Shown here piece by piece: positions 58,001 through 64,000 of a stretch of 64,000 bases of DNA. A program made the translations under genes and the position numbers. The notes beneath the pieces are model-generated. The model had not been told where the DNA came from. It searched no databases and saw nothing but the letters and a program-made list of their open reading frames with translations. This DNA is from Takakia lepidozioides (lineage: Eukaryota; Plantae; Bryophyta): NCBI GenBank assembly GCA_030704615.1, contig CM060734.1, positions 18,848,001 through 18,912,000 of the forward strand, written 5' to 3'. How positions within the stretch are numbered: the stretch's first letter is position 1; every line of letters begins with the position of its first letter.

Positions 58001-60817
58001 GGTATCCACTTCGTAGGTCTATCTTTGAAAATACTTGCGCACCATGCAAGTAATCAAATAAGTCATCTATTCTAGGAAGTGGAAACTTATTCTTTACGGT
58101 TAGTTTATTCAACCATCTGTAGTCCGCACACAACCTTAAAGTTCCGTCTTTCTTTTTCTTAAACAACACTGGTGCTCCCCAGGGAGACTTGCTAGGCTTA
58201 ATATAACCTTTCTCTAGCAAATCAGCCAGCTGTCTCTCCAATTCTTCATTCTCCACCAAAGAATGCCTATAAGGAATCCTAGAGACAGAAATCGCTTCAG
58301 GAACTAACTCAATGGCATGATCTACATCCCTTTCAGGAGGTAGTCCAGGCAGATCACTAGGAAACACGTCTGAAAATTCAGACAGGATTTTATCTGCTCT
58401 GTTGAGATTGTTCAACTTCACTTCAATGTCTTTGTCATCATTCTCATGAATGCTTACGAAGAACAGCTGACCGGCTGTCTTCCGTATGCATCGCTTCATT
58501 TGAAGGGCTGACAACAAAGGAACATTGGGTAGGGCTCTCGTACCTGTAAGCTTGAATCGCTTACCACCAGGCAATTCCCCTTCCACTGCACAATTTCGGC
58601 ATGCCACTTGAGCGTCCACAGCTGCCAGCCACTGCATTCCCAAAATGATGTCGTACCTCGCGCCATCCCAAACCTCAAAATCTACCTCAGTGGTGATCCC
58701 TTGCATTGTGACAGGGATCTCCAAACTTTTGTTGTTGGTAGATCCTGTATCTCCATTGGGCAACAGAATGGTACTGGTGCCAACCTCCTTCAACTGCAGC
58801 TTGCACTTTTTTGCAAAATTTTGAGACATGAAGTTATGGCTGCTTCCTGGGTCAATCAAAACAGTCGTGGTTTCTCTTCCCACTTGACCATTTAATCGTA
58901 TGACTGTGGGATTATGGTCTATCTCTTTACCCATCACAGCCGCTGAGATCCTCAGTTGTTTACCCTTGCTCGTCCCACGTGCATCCACATCCATTTTATC
59001 CTCAACCTCTTGCACAATCACAGCTGCAGCTGCGCGTTGTACGCGTTTGGGACACTCGAACGCCCTATGGTTTCTCTCATGACAGATAAAACATTGACCC
59101 AAGCGCCGGTGTTCTTCCTGTTCCTTCTCTGATAGGCGTTTGGTCGCTGAAGCTCCAAACTTCTGATTATCTCTAGGCTCAGTCTTTGTTGTCTTCTTAT
59201 TGAACCTTTTCCAATTCTTTCTCTTCTGACCTCCACCAAAAGGGAATGACTTCGGCTTGAAATCCCTATCAATAGGTGCACTCGCACCCAGATGTGCTCT
59301 GTGCTGGCTCTCAAAATTGATAGCTAGTCTATATGCATTAGCCTCTGTCTTCGGCTCATATGCTTGAACCAAAAATCTGATAGCCTTATCTAGTCCAGTC
59401 AGGAAGAAATCCACCCTGTCAGACTCCTTCAAGGAATAGAAGTATGAAGCGTGTTCGTCAAACTTCACCTTGTAGTCTGCCACACTCATTCTTCCCTGGC
59501 TAAGTTCCATCAAACCCATTTTCATCCTGTGCGCATAGTCCTCTGGCAGGTACTGTTCTTTGAAGACCCGTTTGAACTTAGCCCATGTGGTAATCGGGTC
59601 CACTCTCCCTTCCAGACCCGGCTTCTCTTTCATTCTAATCCACCATTCTTTAGATTTGCCTCTCATTTGCAATGAGGCTGTGCGGATCTTATCTGCATCC
59701 GTATAGTCCTCACTGAAGAACTCTTCCAGAGTCTCTAGAAAAGACAGCACCTCTGTGCAAGGCACATTTGGGCGACCATGGAATTTAGGAAGATGCGTCA
59801 TCTTCCTAATTTCCTTGTCAACCGTCCTTCTCTTAGAATCCCTTGCCATCATGGAGCGGCTATCCTGTGAGGATGCACCAGAGGCAGATCCACCTCTAGC
59901 CTCTTTTCTTTTTGTCCTAGTTCTTGTACGCATATCATTATGAGGAACACTTACTGGTTGGTCTACTGCTTGCTGGTCGGGTGGCACCACCAGTGGAGTT
60001 GGATTTGTTGTAGGTCTCTTGCCAACAGCGGCTATGCCCTCCTTCACCCCACTCGCCACCGCCTCGCGAATGACCTGTGCTAGATCTCCCGCTTTCATAG
60101 TGATAAGTTCTTCTGGTACAACAATTTCTTGTGTTTTCTCAACTGCAGCCTGTGTATGGCTTGTCTCGCCTTCCATCGACTCTGGAGATGTACTACATCT
60201 ACCTTTAAAGATTATATCCCACTGAAGCAACAAGCTTCCAGAGCCGAATGTCAATTGGCTCATAAACCACAAATCCCAAAAGGTTGAAATCCGCTCTGAT
60301 ACCAAGATCTTACAATCCTCTTGTCTTATTCCACTGAATAGCCAAACACCACCATTTGCTTTATGTACAGATCCTTCAAGTCACAATAATTCTTGACTCA
60401 ACAGGAACTAGCACCCAATCCTAGAATTGTACATGGTACTGGAACACAACCAGTCCTCCCAACCGCCACACCATGCATCATTTTCTGTATTATCTCTCTC
60501 TTCCCTGTTCGTAGACACTATTCACCATGGTCGTCTTGTCTTCCACACTCTGTACGGCCAACATCTACGAGCTCTTCTATCTAGGGAACCAAAAACCAGA
60601 AGAAGAGAGTCAAGTCCCCCACTCTCCTCCCTATACACTTCTCAACATCATCATTCTTGCTTTTGGTCTTGATCAACGGAATCCTGCCAACACATCGCCA
60701 CCACCAGCTGTTCCACGTGACATCCCCATCACCTCACCCAGACAGCCGTCGACGATTGCTGAACTGTTCAACGTCCTGCCAAGCCTGTCACAGGTTCGAG
60801 TTCACAGGGACGTTATA
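55048..60817 (-). mobile_element. Ty3/Gypsy chromovirus with 508-bp LTRs (55048-55555 and 60310-60817), tRNA-iMet PBS and PPT
   Basis: Near-identical LTRs; minus-strand TGGTATCAGAGC at 60293-60304; PPT AAGAGGGGGGG next to the 3' LTR (~55559-55569). No TSD. Confidence 0.92.
55568..60176 (-). pseudogene. Chromovirus gag-pol-chromodomain; one premature stop (57120) and a frameshift (~56230)
   Basis: [51 protein letters not shown]...CYPC, MDFIV/SDRD/QTER, YCGPF, and EFLIKWKNYPIEESTWE (chromodomain). Confidence 0.9.
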
Positions 60818-62155
60818 AGAAGGGACACCTAGGAGATTGGGACCTTCAGTTACCTTGGTTAGCCATGGGCTACAGGTTCAGCAAGCAAGCATCACTTGCC
60901 TCCTTCTCACCATACTTTCTTCTCTTTGGCCGAGAGCCGGATTTGCCTACATCCATTCGCAGAGAAGCTGCTACAGTTCTTAACCTTGACGATCCGGACG
61001 TGTGGGCACGTGCATGTGAGCAACGTGCAGAGTTGTTCAAGAGAGTCATGCCCATGGCTTTCGAGAACCTTGCCATTGCACAACACCGTGATACGTTGAG
61101 GTATGCTACCATACGTGGTGGGGGCTATCGTCCTGGGGTTCGGAGATTCAACCCTGGTGACTATGTCTATCTGCAGCAGACTGCTCCTACGACCCTGGAT
61201 GTGACTGCAAGACGTGTTATTTTGAGGGTTCGAGAGGTCTTGCCCTCAGGCGTCTTGGTCTTGGAGGGTCGGGATGGCATAACTTGGAAGGACCATGTGC
61301 GTAATTGTGCGCCATGTCACCTTCCGAATGTCGATGGCAGGATTGACCCAAACCTGGCAGTGGTATTTGCAGGTTTGAGGTGCATGTTGTGTGGGTCTGC
61401 TAAAGGGGCAGCCACCATGCTGGTGTGTGATCGATGCTCTAGAGGTTGGCATATGGGATGCTTGACTCCACCTCTTGAGATGGTTCCGGATGGGGATTGG
61501 TTATGTCCACATTGCATTGGATAATGGGAGTGGATACAACCATGGAAGGCTAACAAGAAATGCAAGGCCAAGCTACTATGAGACCTTGAACACACGAGAT
61601 CTTGGCTCAAGTTCACAGATTGCAAGATGGCGACTAACGATGGGGCTACTCTTGTACCCGGCCTCTTGGTTGATAGAGTTTGAGCACAATAGGGACAGTG
61701 ATAGAGGACTTAGTACGGCTGTGGCTATTACATCTTGTAGCTATCTGGAGTTAGAGGGACCTATCCACCAGCTAGGGGGGCGATTGTGGCAGACTACTTT
61801 ATTGTGCATATATGTGTGGTGTGGTTTGGACAGCGATATAGTTGTGTAGCGATACGTATGCGCACGACAACTGTCAAGTTAAATAAGCACAGTGTGAAAC
61901 TAGCTAGAATAAAGCTAGTTATTTGTATTTAACACTTGGATTTAGGTCAAGTGTTAAATCAGGTGTCAAGTTTAGTTTGACACCTGACCCGTCTTATCTT
62001 CACGAGAGCGGCAGTCGAGCAGCTCATATCTCTCGAGTTGAGCCTGCGCGACCGAGCTCCTTCATGCGTTTAGAAGCTGAGTGTGCTTATGATGGTATGA
62101 TAGATTGTTGTGGGGTGGAGTCCCCATAGCTTGGGGTGCCCCTGGCTCGACTTCT
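60818..62155 (+). mobile_element. Ty3/Gypsy copy 3 fragment (copy 1 subfamily): integrase C-terminus + PHD, PPT, B (61784-61869), ac spacer, truncated A (61872-62155)
   Basis: ORF 60865-61524 is nearly identical to the copy 1 integrase/PHD; same PPT-B-spacer-A order. Confidence 0.9.
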
Positions 62156-62704
62156 ATAACAAGGTGGTCACAGAACCATCGGAGAGATGGAATCCAGCCA
62201 CATATAGAGGAAAATTTGTCGGAAGATGATGACATTCCAGAACCTTATTATGGCCCTAGGTGTGAGCGTCCGAGAATACATTTGAATCCGTTCAAGGATA
62301 TTGAGAAAGGGTTTTTTGTGCTGGTTCGCCCTCATGACCCAATGATGTGCCCGGTCTGGATGGGGATGACAATATCTGATGTCATCCGTGATAGGGAGGA
62401 TCGTAATTTTAAGAAGGTCAGGGTGGAGTGGTGGAGACCCAGAAAAGGAGGTAACCCTACAGACTTGGAGAGGTACAGGGACTGCTGGTCAAAACTCTGG
62501 GAGTATAACCCACGAGATCCTGCTCAATGGATCCACGTGAACTCCGTCGTGTGGACAATGCCTCCAAGGAAGAATACGTCAAGGAGTAGCACCAAGAAAA
62601 TTACCGTTGCGGAGGCAGTCAAGGCACGCGCGAATTTAGAGGAGGCCAATCTTCAATCTAAAAGTGAGTCTTGCGAAAGAGTCACTCTCGGTGGACTTAC
62701 CTGA
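62156..62704 (+). CDS. 5'-truncated ORF of unknown function, probably transposon-derived
   Basis: ~180 open codons with protein-like composition (KGFFVLVRP...PVWMG...VRVEWWRP...W.YNP.DP.QWI...SVVWT), abutting the truncated LTR. Confidence 0.4.
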   Translation: MTRWSQNHRRDGIQPHIEENLSEDDDIPEPYYGPRCERPRIHLNPFKDIEKGFFVLVRPHDPMMCPVWMGMTISDVIRDREDRNFKKVRVEWWRPRKGGNPTDLERYRDCWSKLWEYNPRDPAQWIHVNSVVWTMPPRKNTSRSSTKKITVAEAVKARANLEEANLQSKSESCERVTLGGLT

Positions 62705-64000
62705 GGTTAATTCTGTTACTTCCATTTAAGTAAAAAAAAAACTTTTGTGTTCATGGCCTTATTGTTTCGTTTTCAATGCTCCTCTGTCAACATATTTGCT
62801 GTCGCACTCAACCTCGAACGTCCAGTGGACGTTCGCGATCTGTGACGGGTGTCGTGGACTCTAGCTTGTTGTATCTGCCCTTCACGAAAAAAATAGAGCG
62901 TGTGGGGGAGTCTGGGCTGGAAAACATTCAGTTCATAATTACGGCCAATCTCAGTCATTCTCTCAATAACCAAGTGTGTCACTGCAGTCTTCTTCTTAGA
63001 GGACCTTTAGCCAATCACTTTGGCCATACTTCTAAATTTGCTACTCTTTATGTTTAATCTCGAAGGTTTTCATACAGTCATTTTAATCTTTGGCCCTGAT
63101 TTTCTTTCCTCTCTCATGGAGTCTTCCCATTTTCTCCCATATACACTAGGAGCTCGTTATATAGCAGCAATTCATTGAATCATTTCATTTCTCATATTTG
63201 TTTTTAGGGGCTCCAACTTTTTAATATCCTGTCTAATGTTCTCTTCCAATTTTTGCCATGGGCTCACCGTTTCTTCGCATATCTCATAGGGTGAACTTTG
63301 AGATAATGCTCTGTTATTTACGATTTTGGATTGACATGCAACACTTCTCCCATAAATTTTCTTTTACTTTGCTTTCTATGTATCTTAATACCCGGTTCCA
63401 TGGACGAGTCCTTCATTAAATACTTGACATCCATTACAATGAGTCCTACATAACATTAGTTCCTCCATTTATATTTTATTCTCTACCCTACTTTTACACA
63501 ACTATAGCGATTGCGAGTCTTCCATATTGGTTTGTCCGTTTGTGCCTTAAACCCAAACCCTAACCCCTTACCCTAAAACCTAAACCTTTAAACCCTTACC
63601 CTTCTCTTTACAAGTGGGAAGGAAGTATCCATACCATATTATCTACTAATACATAGAAACGATGGCCCATGAACAAATTTCCTTATGAGGAGAAGACTAT
63701 ATTCTTAAGGATGCGAGATCCCAATCTTGTCCCATGATCGATTCATGGAAGCAAGTTAACCGAGAAAAAAAATATCGGAGTGCGTGAAGAGGAGAACTCG
63801 CAAAACAGTTGGTAAAACATATGAGTGCCCTAAGAGGAAAGATGAGGGTTCAAAGAAAAATAAGAACCCCAAGACTAATTGGGAGGAGCGGAGGATTGTG
63901 CAGTACAGGCGAGCGACGCTTACTCATTTCACAAGCCCATGTCCTCTACCCACTCCATACCTTTATTGCTAGCCTCCCATGGCGCCTTCATGTCATTGTT

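Noticed and set aside
63545-63605. Telomere-like AAACCCT motifs (also 52921-52940)
   Set aside because: Short and degenerate; common in TE subterminal and promoter sequence, not an interstitial telomere array.

Overview
Transposon-dense eukaryotic DNA. A non-seed land plant is my inference, from GT-AG introns, plant-type HSP60 and USP remnants, and CACTA, MULE, L1 and chromovirus elements. No intact host gene is visible. Layout: an L1 LINE (minus strand, ~23818-30300, with its 3' tail at 1-40) is interrupted by a ~23.8 kb Mutator-like element (41-23817, 10-bp TSD CTCCCCTCAG). That MULE carries a GCM/MULE/SWIM transposase and a divergent spliced gene resembling ParB fused to a beta-class N4C/N6A DNA methyltransferase. 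An unusual Ty3/Gypsy element sits in an intron of that gene (8000-20121), with relatives at 38729-48508 and 60818-62155. This Gypsy family is the most striking system here: (i) a complete Dnmt3-like C5 cytosine methyltransferase lies between protease and RT; (ii) an in-frame TAG-CAA-CCA (CARYYA-type readthrough context) separates Gag-PR-DNMT from RT-RH-IN; (iii) integrase ends in a PHD finger; (iv) the PBS is complementary to the element's own LTR, with a compensatory change between subfamilies, suggesting self-priming; (v) the LTRs are permuted as A-internal-B-gc-A-B with 4-bp TSDs, as expected if a 2-LTR circle is opened at an internal GACA-gc-TGTC palindrome and integrated by a DDE integrase. 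Also present: HSP60 and USP pseudogenes, a probable SINE, a truncated CACTA and a chromodomain Gypsy with mismatched flanks. All domain calls are by-eye motif recognition; no searches were run.
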